The notes: generated from the sequence alone by a model not told the origin. Positions 8,163-18,063 are shown, counted from the first letter of the stretch. The stretch: DNA of 64,000 nucleotides from Planctomycetales bacterium (GCA_030612725.1 JAUWNJ010000009.1:33800-97799); one strand, 5' to 3'. Numbers and translations are program-made.

Positions 8163-10697
8163 ATGGAAGAGCATTTCGGTGATGAAGTTGCGAAAATGCG
8201 TGCGGAGATTGCTTCGCTTCAGAAACGGCTGCTCGAACTGGAACGTCGAATAAGCGGGCAGGCTGAACCTGCAAAGCCGCCTTTACCATCTCCTAAACCG
8301 CCGCCACCGCCGCTTCCGCAGCGGTCAGTTGTCGAGGCTGTTCCGTCGGGCGAACCGCCTGTCGTGTCGTTACCGCCTTCGGCTCCCGAGCCTGCGACTG
8401 CTGACGAACCTGCAAAAAAGAAACCTGCCTTATCGCTGGAGCAGCGGGTGGGGGCGAGTTGGCTTAACAAAATCGGAATCGTCGTGCTGATCCTGGCGGC
8501 GGTGTTCTTCTTTCAGTATGCAGCCCAACAAGGCTGGATCAGTCCGACGATTCGTGTTGTCGTAGTGGCGCTGGCGGGTTTGGCGCTGCTTGTGGCGGGC
8601 GAATGGACGTTTCGCAAGGCGATGCGAATGTTCGCAACCGGCGCGACCGGCGGGGGCATTGCCCTGCTGTACGCGGCTGTTTACGCCGCCAGTCCGAAAT
8701 TCTACAGCCTGGTGGATACGCCGACCGCCTTCGCCCTGATGTGCGCGGTAACGCTGATTGGCGTGCTGCTGAGCCTGCGGAGCGGGACATCGGCGACGGC
8801 TATTCTCGTCCAGATCGGCGCGTATGCGACGCCGATGCTGCTGAGTACCGGACGCGACGAGCAGGTAGTCCTGATGATATACCTGATAGTGCTGGCTGTC
8901 GGTTTCCTGACAGTCTCCGCCGTCAAAAAATGGAACACGCTGGCGCCGATCGCGCTGGCCGGCACGATGCTGCTGTTTGGCGGATGGTTCTTCACCTACT
9001 ACCGCGGCGTCTTATGGGTAAGGACTTCCGCGTTCGCCTGGTCGCTGTTCGGTCTGTTTCTCATCTATGCGGTAGCCGCTACGTGGGTCAGGCGGGCGCA
9101 TCAGTTCACCGGCATCGCTGTAACGGCTTTGGGCGGGGCGGGGTTAGTGCTGCTCTGGTTTGGAATGAACGATGATATGGCCGCCATCGAAATGGTGGGT
9201 CATCTGGTAACGCTGGATGCGATTATTTTGGCAGCCTGTCTGCTGCGGCGGTGGCACTGGCTGCGAGCGGGTGTACTGTTCTGGACGGCGGTAACTGTCT
9301 TTTTCGTCATCGACCAATGCCAATGGTTCGACGAGATTGGTTCCGATAGATTCTTTTCTACCTGGATATGGATATTCTTCGGGCTGTTCACTGTCGATAT
9401 TCTCATTCGCGCGTGGTGGCGAAATCGTCGGACGAACGAGCGGCTCGATGCGGTTCTGGCAACGGCTGCGACGGCGGTGATGTTCGCCGCGACGTACGCA
9501 CTCCTGAATGACAATTACGAAAAATGGATGGGTCTTTACACAGCCATACTGGCTGTGGCGGCGATTGCATTGGCGATTGGTCTGCTCCGGTTTGGACGGC
9601 GGAGAATCCTGGGATATGCATACCTTGGCCAGGGGCTGGTCCTGCTGACGCTGGCGATGCCGATTCAGTTCGACAAGGCCTCGCTGACCATCGCGTGGGC
9701 GTCGCAGGCAGCCGTTGCGATGTTGCTCGCCCGCCGGTTGAACATAAGGCTGCTGCTGGCGAAGTCGCCGATTGTGCTGATATTGGCCATTGCGCATTTC
9801 GTCATGATAGACATGCCTGACGACGCCCGGCTTGCCGCGGTGATGATGACCGTCGGCGGCGTGGAGATTATCTGGTTGATGCTCCTGGCGGCGGGACTGA
9901 CGGTTTCGGCGTTTGTCTCAGCGGCGCTGGTTCCCGTCGGCAAGGATAACAAATATATAGCCTGCGGTTTGGTTTGGCTTGGAGCCGGCGTATGGGTCTG
10001 GCAAACGTGCATGAACCTCCCGGCAGTGGCGGTTACGTGGTGGTGGCTGATGCTGGCGTCTCTTGTAGCAGCCGCTGGACTTTGGAGGCGTCGAGAATGG
10101 CTGGCAGGAAGCGCCGGCGTAATGCTGGCGGCGGTGGCGGGGAAAATACTCGCTTACGATACTTTGTACCTGAATCTTGAGGGGGTAATCCAGGCCGATA
10201 GATTCGTCGCTCTGAATTGGCAGTTTGCCGCCGGTGTTGCGATTGGCGCGATATGCCTGCTGTACGCGAAGGCCCTTTCGCGCCGGTTCCGCGACTGGAA
10301 AGACGCCGGCGTTATACAAACGGTCTCGGTATTGCTGAGTGCGTTGCTGGTGGTGTGGGTTGGAAGTTTCGAAGTGAACCGTTACTTCACCAAGCCACCG
10401 GCGGACCTTCCGATAAACGCCGAACAGGCAGAGCAGATGGCCTATTCGATCTGGTGGGCTGTCTATGCCGCAGGGCTGTTAATCGTGGGTTTTGTAACAC
10501 GTTATTCGCCGGTTCGATATTTCGCTCTGGCGATCTTCGCCGTTACGCTGGGAAAGGTTTTTCTGGTCGATATGTCTGATATTGAAGCCGGTTATCGCAT
10601 CGCGTCATTCCTTGCCCTTGGCGTGCTGCTCCTGGCGGCATCGTTTCTGTACCAGCGATACTTCCGTGAGGCACTGGCCAAGTGGGACAAAAGATAG
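8163..10697 (+). CDS. DUF2339-family polytopic membrane protein
   Basis: Coiled-coil and Pro-rich N-terminus, LEQRVGASWLNKIGIV...QQGWISPTIRV, many TM helices, C-terminal KVFLVDMS...YRIASFLALGVLL. Confidence 0.88.
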   Translation: MEEHFGDEVAKMRAEIASLQKRLLELERRISGQAEPAKPPLPSPKPPPPPLPQRSVVEAVPSGEPPVVSLPPSAPEPATADEPAKKKPALSLEQRVGASWLNKIGIVVLILAAVFFFQYAAQQGWISPTIRVVVVALAGLALLVAGEWTFRKAMRMFATGATGGGIALLYAAVYAASPKFYSLVDTPTAFALMCAVTLIGVLLSLRSGTSATAILVQIGAYATPMLLSTGRDEQVVLMIYLIVLAVGFLTVSAVKKWNTLAPIALAGTMLLFGGWFFTYYRGVLWVRTSAFAWSLFGLFLIYAVAATWVRRAHQFTGIAVTALGGAGLVLLWFGMNDDMAAIEMVGHLVTLDAIILAACLLRRWHWLRAGVLFWTAVTVFFVIDQCQWFDEIGSDRFFSTWIWIFFGLFTVDILIRAWWRNRRTNERLDAVLATAATAVMFAATYALLNDNYEKWMGLYTAILAVAAIALAIGLLRFGRRRILGYAYLGQGLVLLTLAMPIQFDKASLTIAWASQAAVAMLLARRLNIRLLLAKSPIVLILAIAHFVMIDMPDDARLAAVMMTVGGVEIIWLMLLAAGLTVSAFVSAALVPVGKDNKYIACGLVWLGAGVWVWQTCMNLPAVAVTWWWLMLASLVAAAGLWRRREWLAGSAGVMLAAVAGKILAYDTLYLNLEGVIQADRFVALNWQFAAGVAIGAICLLYAKALSRRFRDWKDAGVIQTVSVLLSALLVVWVGSFEVNRYFTKPPADLPINAEQAEQMAYSIWWAVYAAGLLIVGFVTRYSPVRYFALAIFAVTLGKVFLVDMSDIEAGYRIASFLALGVLLLAASFLYQRYFREALAKWDKR

Positions 10698-10776
10698 GGT
10701 GCCGTGGTCGCGGTGTTTGCGACCACGTTCACGTTCGCATATCCGCGTGGCCGCAAACACCGCGGCCACGGCACCC
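10697..10776. repeat. GGGTGCC...GGCACCC palindromic element, copy 2
   Basis: Same arms as 7978-8087; internal core is the reverse complement of the copy 1 core. Confidence 0.9.
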
Positions 10777-10781
10777 GGCCG

Positions 10782-11951
10782 CTACTTGGCGACTGTGGAG
10801 GTTTTGTCTTGCGGGGCGGGTTCGTAGGTTCCTTCCACCGCTGCCTGACTGTTGGTGGCGATGAAGTCTTCGAGCATCTGGTAAGCTTCGGCGTCGGTGA
10901 ACTGCTTCGGGGGGTGCTTCATTGTATAAGCGGAAACTTCGATTAATGGGCCTGCAAGTCCTCGCTCGCGGGCGAGTTTGCAGCAGCGGATGGCGTCGAT
11001 CGTCTCGCCTGCGGAATTGGGCGAATCCTCCACACTCAAACGCAGTTCGATATTCAACGGCACACCGCCGAAACCCCGACCCTCAAGCCGGCAGAAGCAT
11101 ATCTTGTTGTCCTTCTGCCAGGCGACGAAATCGCTCGGCCCGATGTGAACGGCGTCTGCAGGGAGTGGCACGTCGAGTTGCGACTGGACGGCCTCGGTCT
11201 TGGAGATTTTCTTGGAGGTCAGGCGCGAGCGGTTGAGCATATTGAGGAAGTCGGTATTTCCGCCGGTGTTGAGTTGGTAAGTGGCGTCGATTTTCGCGCC
11301 GCGGTCGTGCATGAGTCTGGCAAGGACGCGGTGGACGATGGTCGCGCCGACCTGGGCCTTTACGTCGTCTCCGATGCACGGGATACCGGCCTGGGTGAAT
11401 CGCTCGGCCCAGCCGGGGTTCGATACGATGAAAACGGGCATGCAGTTTATCAAACTAACGCCGGCTTCGAGGCAGCATTCGGCGTAGAACTCGGTGGCCT
11501 GTTGCGAGCCTACGGGCAGGTAGTTCATGAGGATTTCGGCGCCGCTGTCGCGCAGGAGTTTGACGATATCTTCGGCAGATGCTTCGGGTTTATCGGCGAC
11601 GACGAAACGCTGATGTTCAGGCCAGTCCTGCATATGTTCGGCTACGCCGTCCAGGATGTTTCCCATCGTAACGATCAGGTCGTCGTAGCGGAAATTGTCG
11701 TAGATGACCTTGGTATTGTTCGGCGCCGCGAAGACGGCTTCGTGCAGAGGCTTGCCTACCTTGCGGGCGTCGATGTCTATTGCTGCGACGATTTCTATAT
11801 CGCCGGCGCGGTAGTGGTGAATCTCCGGATGCAGCAGTCCTACGCTCTCGGCAGCGGCTTCGTCGGGCGCGTCGTCGTAGTAATGAATCCCCTGAATCAG
11901 AGAAGAAGCGCAGTTGCCGATTCCAACTATAGCTACGCGAATCTTTTCCAT
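10782..11951 (-). CDS. ino1: Inositol-3-phosphate synthase
   Basis: AIVGIGNCASSLIQG, NYLPVGS, GDDVKAQVGATIVHR, YQLNTGGNTDFLNM, SKKISKT, VEDSPNSAG. Confidence 0.95.
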   Translation of the reverse strand: MEKIRVAIVGIGNCASSLIQGIHYYDDAPDEAAAESVGLLHPEIHHYRAGDIEIVAAIDIDARKVGKPLHEAVFAAPNNTKVIYDNFRYDDLIVTMGNILDGVAEHMQDWPEHQRFVVADKPEASAEDIVKLLRDSGAEILMNYLPVGSQQATEFYAECCLEAGVSLINCMPVFIVSNPGWAERFTQAGIPCIGDDVKAQVGATIVHRVLARLMHDRGAKIDATYQLNTGGNTDFLNMLNRSRLTSKKISKTEAVQSQLDVPLPADAVHIGPSDFVAWQKDNKICFCRLEGRGFGGVPLNIELRLSVEDSPNSAGETIDAIRCCKLARERGLAGPLIEVSAYTMKHPPKQFTDAEAYQMLEDFIATNSQAAVEGTYEPAPQDKTSTVAK

Positions 11952-12046
11952 CGTATTACCCGCTTCCTTTACTGTTATGGTTCATCTGTTGATTGTAACG
12001 CGGATATGCGTTTTCGTCAAGAAATTGGAAACGGTCAAACAAAACA

Positions 12047-12622
12047 TTAGCAGGGATGCAGGTGTATGAGGAATTCGGTGTTTCCGCCTTTTCCCCGTAG
12101 CGGGCTGGTCATCGTTGCCAGTATGGCAAAGCCCATTTTTTCGAGTTCCCGGCAGGTTTGGGTGCAAATGTCCGTCGTCTGTTGAGGATCGAGCACTTCC
12201 CGACTTGGGGCTTTTTTCCCGTGGTTCGGCATCTTCGCCAGTTCGTAGTGCGGTTTGAGCAGCGAGACGATGCTGCCTCCGTCGGTCAGCCAGCGGGCGG
12301 CGGCTGGGATTATCAGTCGTTGCGGCGTGAAGGCTACATCGACGACAACCAGGTGAACCTTTTCGTCCGGCTCGTCGGCGTAGAGTGCGTTTGTCCGCTC
12401 CATCACGACGACGCGCTCGTCTTTTCGGAGTTTCCACGCCAGGCAGCCGTAGCCGGTATCGACGGCGAAGACCTTTGCTGCCCCGGCTTGGAGCAGGCAA
12501 TCGGTGAACCCCCCGACGTTAGCGCCGAAGTCGGCGCATGTCAGACCGGTAACGTCGATGTCGAAGGCGATCAGAGCGGCGTGAAGTTTCTCCCCGCCAC
12601 GGGATGTGAATTGGCTTTTCAA
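12047..12622 (-). CDS. tlyA: TlyA-family RNA 2'-O-methyltransferase lacking the N-terminal S4 domain
   Basis: SRGGEKL, DFGANVGGFTDCLLQ, AVDTGYG, LLKPHYE, SPLRGKGGNTEFL. Confidence 0.85.
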   Translation of the reverse strand: MKSQFTSRGGEKLHAALIAFDIDVTGLTCADFGANVGGFTDCLLQAGAAKVFAVDTGYGCLAWKLRKDERVVVMERTNALYADEPDEKVHLVVVDVAFTPQRLIIPAAARWLTDGGSIVSLLKPHYELAKMPNHGKKAPSREVLDPQQTTDICTQTCRELEKMGFAILATMTSPLRGKGGNTEFLIHLHPC

Positions 12623-12728
12623 GTAATTTCACGGTCGCCGACATCGTAACACGAGCGTCTCACGCAGTGACGCTACGCATCGCCCGCGATTAAAGAAAAC
12701 ATGACCGAGACGGCCATGGCACGTCGCG

Positions 12729-12998
12729 TTAACCGACGGAAATTTTTTCCAGACGTTTCGCCAGGCGGGATTTCTTCCGGGCTGCGGTGTTTTTGTGGAT
12801 CGTACCCTTGGCGGCGATTTTATCCAGACGCTTATAGACGGTTTTCAACTGCGTCGCAGCCTCATCGGTCTTACCGTCGGCGACGGCTTCGTCGAACGCG
12901 CGAACGCTGTCCTTGACGGCCGATTTTCGCCAGCGATTAATCAGACGACGTTTTTCATTCTGTCGTATGCGCTTCTTTGCGGAATTCGAATGTGCCAC
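12729..12998 (-). CDS. rpsT: 30S ribosomal protein S20
   Basis: AHSNSAKKRIRQNEKRR...IHKNTAARKKSRL. Confidence 0.97.
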   Translation of the reverse strand: MAHSNSAKKRIRQNEKRRLINRWRKSAVKDSVRAFDEAVADGKTDEAATQLKTVYKRLDKIAAKGTIHKNTAARKKSRLAKRLEKISVG

Positions 12999-13173
12999 TT
13001 AAAGGTTCTCCTGTCAGTTATATTCGCCCCGCAACGGCGAGGCGAACGGGCACTATATCCGATAAAAACGGGAAATGCCACCTAATTTTCTTATTAAAAC
13101 CCTCGGCCCGCGGAAAAGGAGAAGCACTCCGTGGGCCGGGGATACGTACCGATTTTCAATTTCCAATTGCCAG

Positions 13174-14400
13174 TTAGCGTTTCCGTCGTCGAATCAGGAC
13201 GCCGATTCCGCCGATTCCAAGAATAACCATCGTTGCCGGTTCGGGAATCTGGATTAACTGTCCGCCGGTTCCACCGTCGAAGACACGGCCGTCGCCCGTA
13301 TAGGCGCTCGGCGTTTCGCCGTTCAGGTAGTAAAGCGTCAGGCCGCTCAGGTCGAGTGTCGAACCGGCTAATATGTCGAGGGTCTCGACGTAGAGGACCT
13401 CGGCCAGTGCGTCCTGCTGGTTGTTCGACGCATCGACCAGTGTCAGGTTGGAGCCTTTGGTGGCGGTTCCGACCGTCAGGCCTTCCAGTGCGAAGTTCTC
13501 GGTCAACCCAGCCATAACAGCGCCAAGGTCAGCGCCGCCGACTTCGCAGTTGGCCGTCTTGTCGGTGCCGTTCTCGAACACGAAGGTAATGTTGTTGAGT
13601 CCGGCCAGACCTGTCACGGAAGCGTCGGTTGTCCTGTTCTCGATGTAGGTGTTCCCGCCGGTCAGGCGGATACTGGAACCTGTAACAGCCGTAACTTTGA
13701 CGTTGGCCCACGTGTCATGCTCGCCGAACTTGACGCCGCCATTGTTGAAGTAGATGTTGGCCGAGTTATCCAGAATGTTGAACTCACTCGTGTTGGTCGT
13801 ACCGCTGACAGACATCTTCCAACCATGGAACGCTCCGCCGCTAACGTTGGCGATGCCTTTGCCGCCGCCGTAGCCGATCATTACGCCTGTACCACTGTTG
13901 AAGTCGCCGCCACTGAAGTTGAGAGTGCCGGTGGCGCCGTTGTTATAGCCGATGCCTGTGCCATAACCGTAGAAATTGCCCCCGGTCATGTTCAGCGTGC
14001 CGTTACCGCCGGCATCGCGGCCAACGTAGCTCCAGGTGGCCTTGTACCAGGAGCCGGCGCCAACATTTACGACGCCCGTTCCGCCGGCGTAACCGACGTA
14101 GGCACTAGTCAGGGTATTGTAGAATCCGGCGCCGGCGCCGGCTATGGTCATCGTACCGGAACCAGTCGATGTGCCGACGTACAGAGTATTTGCCGCGCAA
14201 CGGGGGGCGGCATCAGATACGCATATCCCGCCGTTTTCGATATAGACCATGTCGGCGGTTGTCGGCGTGCCATTGGGGCTCCATGCGGTGGTTGTGTTCC
14301 AGTTACCATTGGCGACGTTCCAGTAGTAATCTGTGGCTTGGGCCTGTCCGGCCAGTGCTAACATCACCACTACTGCCAATAAAATCGTTGCATTTCTCAT
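13174..14400 (-). CDS. PEP-CTERM surface protein with Gly-rich beta-strand repeats
   Basis: Signal peptide ...AQA; repeated (Y/I)(V/I)G..G..GT(L/M)N.(S/T)GG units; C-terminal IPEPATMVILGIGGIGVLIRRRKR; GGAG RBS before ATG 14400. Confidence 0.88.
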   Translation of the reverse strand: MRNATILLAVVVMLALAGQAQATDYYWNVANGNWNTTTAWSPNGTPTTADMVYIENGGICVSDAAPRCAANTLYVGTSTGSGTMTIAGAGAGFYNTLTSAYVGYAGGTGVVNVGAGSWYKATWSYVGRDAGGNGTLNMTGGNFYGYGTGIGYNNGATGTLNFSGGDFNSGTGVMIGYGGGKGIANVSGGAFHGWKMSVSGTTNTSEFNILDNSANIYFNNGGVKFGEHDTWANVKVTAVTGSSIRLTGGNTYIENRTTDASVTGLAGLNNITFVFENGTDKTANCEVGGADLGAVMAGLTENFALEGLTVGTATKGSNLTLVDASNNQQDALAEVLYVETLDILAGSTLDLSGLTLYYLNGETPSAYTGDGRVFDGGTGGQLIQIPEPATMVILGIGGIGVLIRRRKR

Positions 14401-14678
14401 TTTTGCTCTCCTAATAAAAAAGACTCTCCGAAATGTTCCCTCCTTCGCGCTGCGTTGCGCAAAAGCAGAGTCGGCGGACCATCCGCCAAACCAAAAATCC
14501 GAATTGATTCCACCTCCCTTCCTCTCTACCAAACTGACTTGCAAAAACACATCAGACTCTTTTACGATTCTATCCGACTTATGATTTTATCCGAGTTTCC
14601 TATTGAGTCAAGACCGCTTTGGGGTTAATATTTTTTCTGTTTGCGACAAACAAAAACACCATACTTTGGAGCCCGAAA

Positions 14679-15848
14679 ATGAAGTGTCTAAAAAGAGTCG
14701 TAGCGGATATCCCTTTGGAGTTTCGGTTTGCCCGTCAGGTTATCCGGGGCGTTTATCGGTACGCCCAATCGCACTGTCAATGGGTGCTCGGTATCGGATT
14801 GCCCCGCAGACCCGGCAGTGTATTGCGAGACAAAAGCGTAGTCGGAATAATCTCAATGCGTCAGCCCGGCGATTACGTGCCCGTCGCTCAGAATTATGGC
14901 TTGAAGGCGGTTGGAACAGGGATGTGGACGGATGTACGGGAGTTCACTGCTTTGCCGTACGTGGACGTGGACCCGAATGCGATAGGTGAAATGGCCGCTG
15001 ATTATTTCATCGAGCGAGGTTTTCGCAGTTTCGGGATGTTCACCACTGCTGATTGCTTCCACGGTCAGTCTCGCGGCGAGGCCTTTGTCGCAGCGTTGCG
15101 ACGACGGAAACTTCCCTGTGACATATTCGACCCCAAAAAGAAATACCCGTCACGCGGCAAACCGTTGTCCACCGTTACCGATTACAACGAATGCATACGC
15201 CGCTGGCTGGTGGGTCTGGCCAAACCGCTGGCCGTCTTCACCCTCAACGACCCCATCGGAGCGTGGATATGCGCAATATGCTATAGGAGCGATATCCGCG
15301 TCCCGGAGGAAGTCGCCGTCCTCGGCGCCGACAACGACGAGATATTCTGCAATATATGCGGCCCGCCTCTTTCCAGTATCCGGATGCCGGTCGAGCAGGT
15401 CGGTTATGAAGCGGCCAGGCTTCTGGACGCCATGCTCCGAGGCAGGAGAGTTCCCAAGCGTCCCATCCTGCTTCCGCCGATAGATGTGGTAACGCGACAG
15501 AGCACCGACATAATGGCTGTCGATGACCGCCGTTTCGTCGAGGCAGTGCGGTTCATCCGCGAGCACGCCTGCGAAGGCATTCGCGTCAAGCACGTAACAG
15601 CGGCGTCAACGCTGCCGAAACGAATGATGGAGCGGCAGTTCAAGGAGATACTTGGACGAGGCCCGTTCGCGGAGATCCGCCGGGTCCAGGTCGAAAGGAT
15701 TAAAATGCTCCTGTCGCAGACCGACAAGACGCTTGAGGCAATAGCGCCGGATTGCGGATTCGGTAACATTTCGCACATGAGCGTGGCGTTCAAAAAGGCC
15801 ACCGGCATGGCGCCCGGGGCATACCGCAGGCAGTTCCGAAGCCGATGA
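14679..15848 (+). CDS. XylR-type regulator (sugar-binding domain + AraC HTH)
   Basis: MAADYFIERGFRSF, RVPEEVAVLGADND, LSSI, VVTRQSTD, C-terminal AraC HTH CGF...FKKATGMAPGAYR. Confidence 0.9.
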   Translation: MKCLKRVVADIPLEFRFARQVIRGVYRYAQSHCQWVLGIGLPRRPGSVLRDKSVVGIISMRQPGDYVPVAQNYGLKAVGTGMWTDVREFTALPYVDVDPNAIGEMAADYFIERGFRSFGMFTTADCFHGQSRGEAFVAALRRRKLPCDIFDPKKKYPSRGKPLSTVTDYNECIRRWLVGLAKPLAVFTLNDPIGAWICAICYRSDIRVPEEVAVLGADNDEIFCNICGPPLSSIRMPVEQVGYEAARLLDAMLRGRRVPKRPILLPPIDVVTRQSTDIMAVDDRRFVEAVRFIREHACEGIRVKHVTAASTLPKRMMERQFKEILGRGPFAEIRRVQVERIKMLLSQTDKTLEAIAPDCGFGNISHMSVAFKKATGMAPGAYRRQFRSR

Positions 15849-16073
15849 ATCGATTGCGGGATGCCTGATATTCTGTAATTCGTTTCCCGAAAAGTAGTAA
15901 TGCGTGTCGGCGAATTGTCCGATGTTGTATCGGGACATGGTGTGAGTGTATGTACACAAAAGGCGCCGATTATGGCGAGTAGGGATGGATATTCTCCGCG
16001 ATCACGCCGGGGCCACTTCAAGGCAAGTTCGTGGCGACTTTTTTACCGCAATTATCACCAAGGAATAGTCTAA

Positions 16074-17036
16074 ATGATTCTAAGGAAGAAAAAAGTCAAA
16101 GGCCGTGGGGCCGAAGCAAGCCAGGACGTAATCACGAGATGCCCGAGTAACCCCCTGATTTCACTGGGCGATCTGCCTTTCCGATGCAGCGATATCTGGA
16201 ACGCCGGCCTGGTTCGGTTCAAGAACGATTACCTTCTGCTGATAACGGTCGAGACGCTCGTAGGGCAATATGCTATTTATCGCGCCACCAGTCGGAACGG
16301 GAAGGATTTTACCGTTGATGCCGAACCGTTCATGTCCCCGGCACAAAGCGGTCCGAGGCGCGCGGACGAAAGTATCGGCGTCCGCGACCCGCGTATCACG
16401 CTAATGGATGGATGGTATTACATTACCTATGTAGCCGACGGGGACCATGGGTTGCGTCTTGGACTTGCAAAGACGAAAGATTTTCAATCGGTGGAGCATA
16501 TTGCTTATATCTCACAGGTGGATGTCAAGAACGGTATCCTCTTTCCACGGAAGGTCGGCGGGAAGTATCTCCTTTTGAAGCGTCCGGATGCCGGGTCGAG
16601 CATATGGTTGAGTTACTCGAACGATCTTGTGTTTTGGGGTTCTTCGACGGTGGTAATGACCCCTCGTGGAGGGTACTGGGATTCCAACCGCATAGGCGCT
16701 GCTGCCCCTCCGATCGAGATTGATGAAGGGTGGCTTTTGATTTATTACGGCGAGAAGGTTACTTCAGCCGGTCCCCTGGTGCGCCTTGGAGCGGCAATCC
16801 TTGACCGGGGAAATCCGACCCGCGTCCTTGCCAGGTCCAATATCCCAATCCTCACGCCACGCGAGAGATATGAGCGAATAGGCGATGTGCCGAACGTCGT
16901 ATTTTCCTGCGGCGCGCTTCTGGAGGACGAGAAGATAGACCTGTATTACGGAGCCTCCGATTCCTGCATCTGCCGGGGGTCAGCGCCGCTGAAAGACGTC
17001 CTGCGGGTATGTTTCGAGAGCGAAAGGGAGTATTAG
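16074..17036 (+). CDS. GH130-family glycoside phosphorylase/hydrolase, divergent copy
   Basis: NPLI, DPRIT, KNGILFP, RIGAAAPPI, YERIGDVPNVVFSCG, YYGASD. Confidence 0.88.
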   Translation: MILRKKKVKGRGAEASQDVITRCPSNPLISLGDLPFRCSDIWNAGLVRFKNDYLLLITVETLVGQYAIYRATSRNGKDFTVDAEPFMSPAQSGPRRADESIGVRDPRITLMDGWYYITYVADGDHGLRLGLAKTKDFQSVEHIAYISQVDVKNGILFPRKVGGKYLLLKRPDAGSSIWLSYSNDLVFWGSSTVVMTPRGGYWDSNRIGAAAPPIEIDEGWLLIYYGEKVTSAGPLVRLGAAILDRGNPTRVLARSNIPILTPRERYERIGDVPNVVFSCGALLEDEKIDLYYGASDSCICRGSAPLKDVLRVCFESEREY

Positions 17037-17039
17037 AAA

Positions 17040-17966
17040 ATGGCGGAAAACACAGGAAGAGACCTGCTGCATCGACACGAAGGGAATCCGATCCTGACGC
17101 TCGCCGACATTCCCTATCGCTGTAACACGGTGTTTAACGGTACACCGGTTAAGGTCAATGGAGAATACCTGGTACTTCTTCGCGTCGAGGGTCAGCAAGG
17201 GTACTCGTTCTTTTCACTGGCACGAAGCAAGGACGGGTATAGCTTCAAAATGGACCCCGAACCGTGCATGTTACCGGAGAGGGAAGAACCGTGGCGCGTC
17301 TGGGAGGAGAACGGTATCGAAGACCCGCGCCTGACGGAAATGGACGGTAAGTACTATATTCTCTATACAGCCGTTGGGCGATACGGACACCGCATTGCCC
17401 TTGCGAGCACGGAAGATTTCGTGATTTATCGTCGCATTGCGATGATTTCCGGTCCTGGAAACAAGGACGGCGTGCTGTTCCCCGAAAAGATCGACGGGAT
17501 GTACGCTCGCCTTGACCGTCCGATCGGAAACGGCGTCGGGTGCGTGTGGATTTCATACTCGCCGGACCTGGTTAACTGGGGACGGAGCGAATTTGCCTTT
17601 GGTCCTCGCGCGCGATACTGGGATTCCAACCGCGTAGGCGCTTCAGCGCCGCCGATTATGACCGAGCATGGTTGGTTGGAGATTTACCACGGCGTGAAAA
17701 TGACATCGGCAGGCCCGATTTATCGTATCGGCGCGGTGATGCTGGATAGGGATAATCCCGCCAAGGTTATCGGTCGCTGTCTTCCGCCGTTGCTGTCGCC
17801 GAGGGAGGATTACGAGCGTATCGGCGATATTGGTAACGTGGTATTCGCTTGCGGCGCGATCGTCGAGGACGACGGGCAGGTCAAAGTCTATTACGGCGCT
17901 GCCGACACTTCCATCTGCGTTGCGACCGCCCATATCGACGAAATAACAGCATCGTGCCTCCAGTAA
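17040..17966 (+). CDS. GH130-family glycoside phosphorylase/hydrolase
   Basis: GNPIL, VFNG, GIEDPRL, NKDGVLFP, IYHGV, GNVVFACG, YYGAAD. Confidence 0.9.
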   Translation: MAENTGRDLLHRHEGNPILTLADIPYRCNTVFNGTPVKVNGEYLVLLRVEGQQGYSFFSLARSKDGYSFKMDPEPCMLPEREEPWRVWEENGIEDPRLTEMDGKYYILYTAVGRYGHRIALASTEDFVIYRRIAMISGPGNKDGVLFPEKIDGMYARLDRPIGNGVGCVWISYSPDLVNWGRSEFAFGPRARYWDSNRVGASAPPIMTEHGWLEIYHGVKMTSAGPIYRIGAVMLDRDNPAKVIGRCLPPLLSPREDYERIGDIGNVVFACGAIVEDDGQVKVYYGAADTSICVATAHIDEITASCLQ

Positions 17967-17971
17967 AAATT

Positions 17972-18053
17972 GTAGGCTGGGACGGAGCGAGGCGGAGTCC
18001 CACCTTTTTTTGAGATTGAAGGTGGGACTCCGCCTCGCTCCGTCCCAGCCTAC
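17972..18053. repeat. REP doublet (REPIN-like) between convergent genes
   Basis: GTAGGCTGGGACGGAGCGAGGCGGAGTCCCACCTT and its reverse complement; same REP family flanks the RAYT at 38.6-39.4 kb. Confidence 0.92.
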
Positions 18054-18063
18054 GCCTTTTCAT

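Noticed and set aside
11145-12050. Long antisense ORFs (also 29201-30100, 39784-40527, 56356-57204, 62743-63474)
   Set aside because: Overlap well-supported genes on the opposite strand; expected in GC-rich coding DNA
15850-16073. Riboswitch upstream of the GH130 pair
   Set aside because: Only a weak hairpin plus U-tract near 16010-16045; no recognisable aptamer
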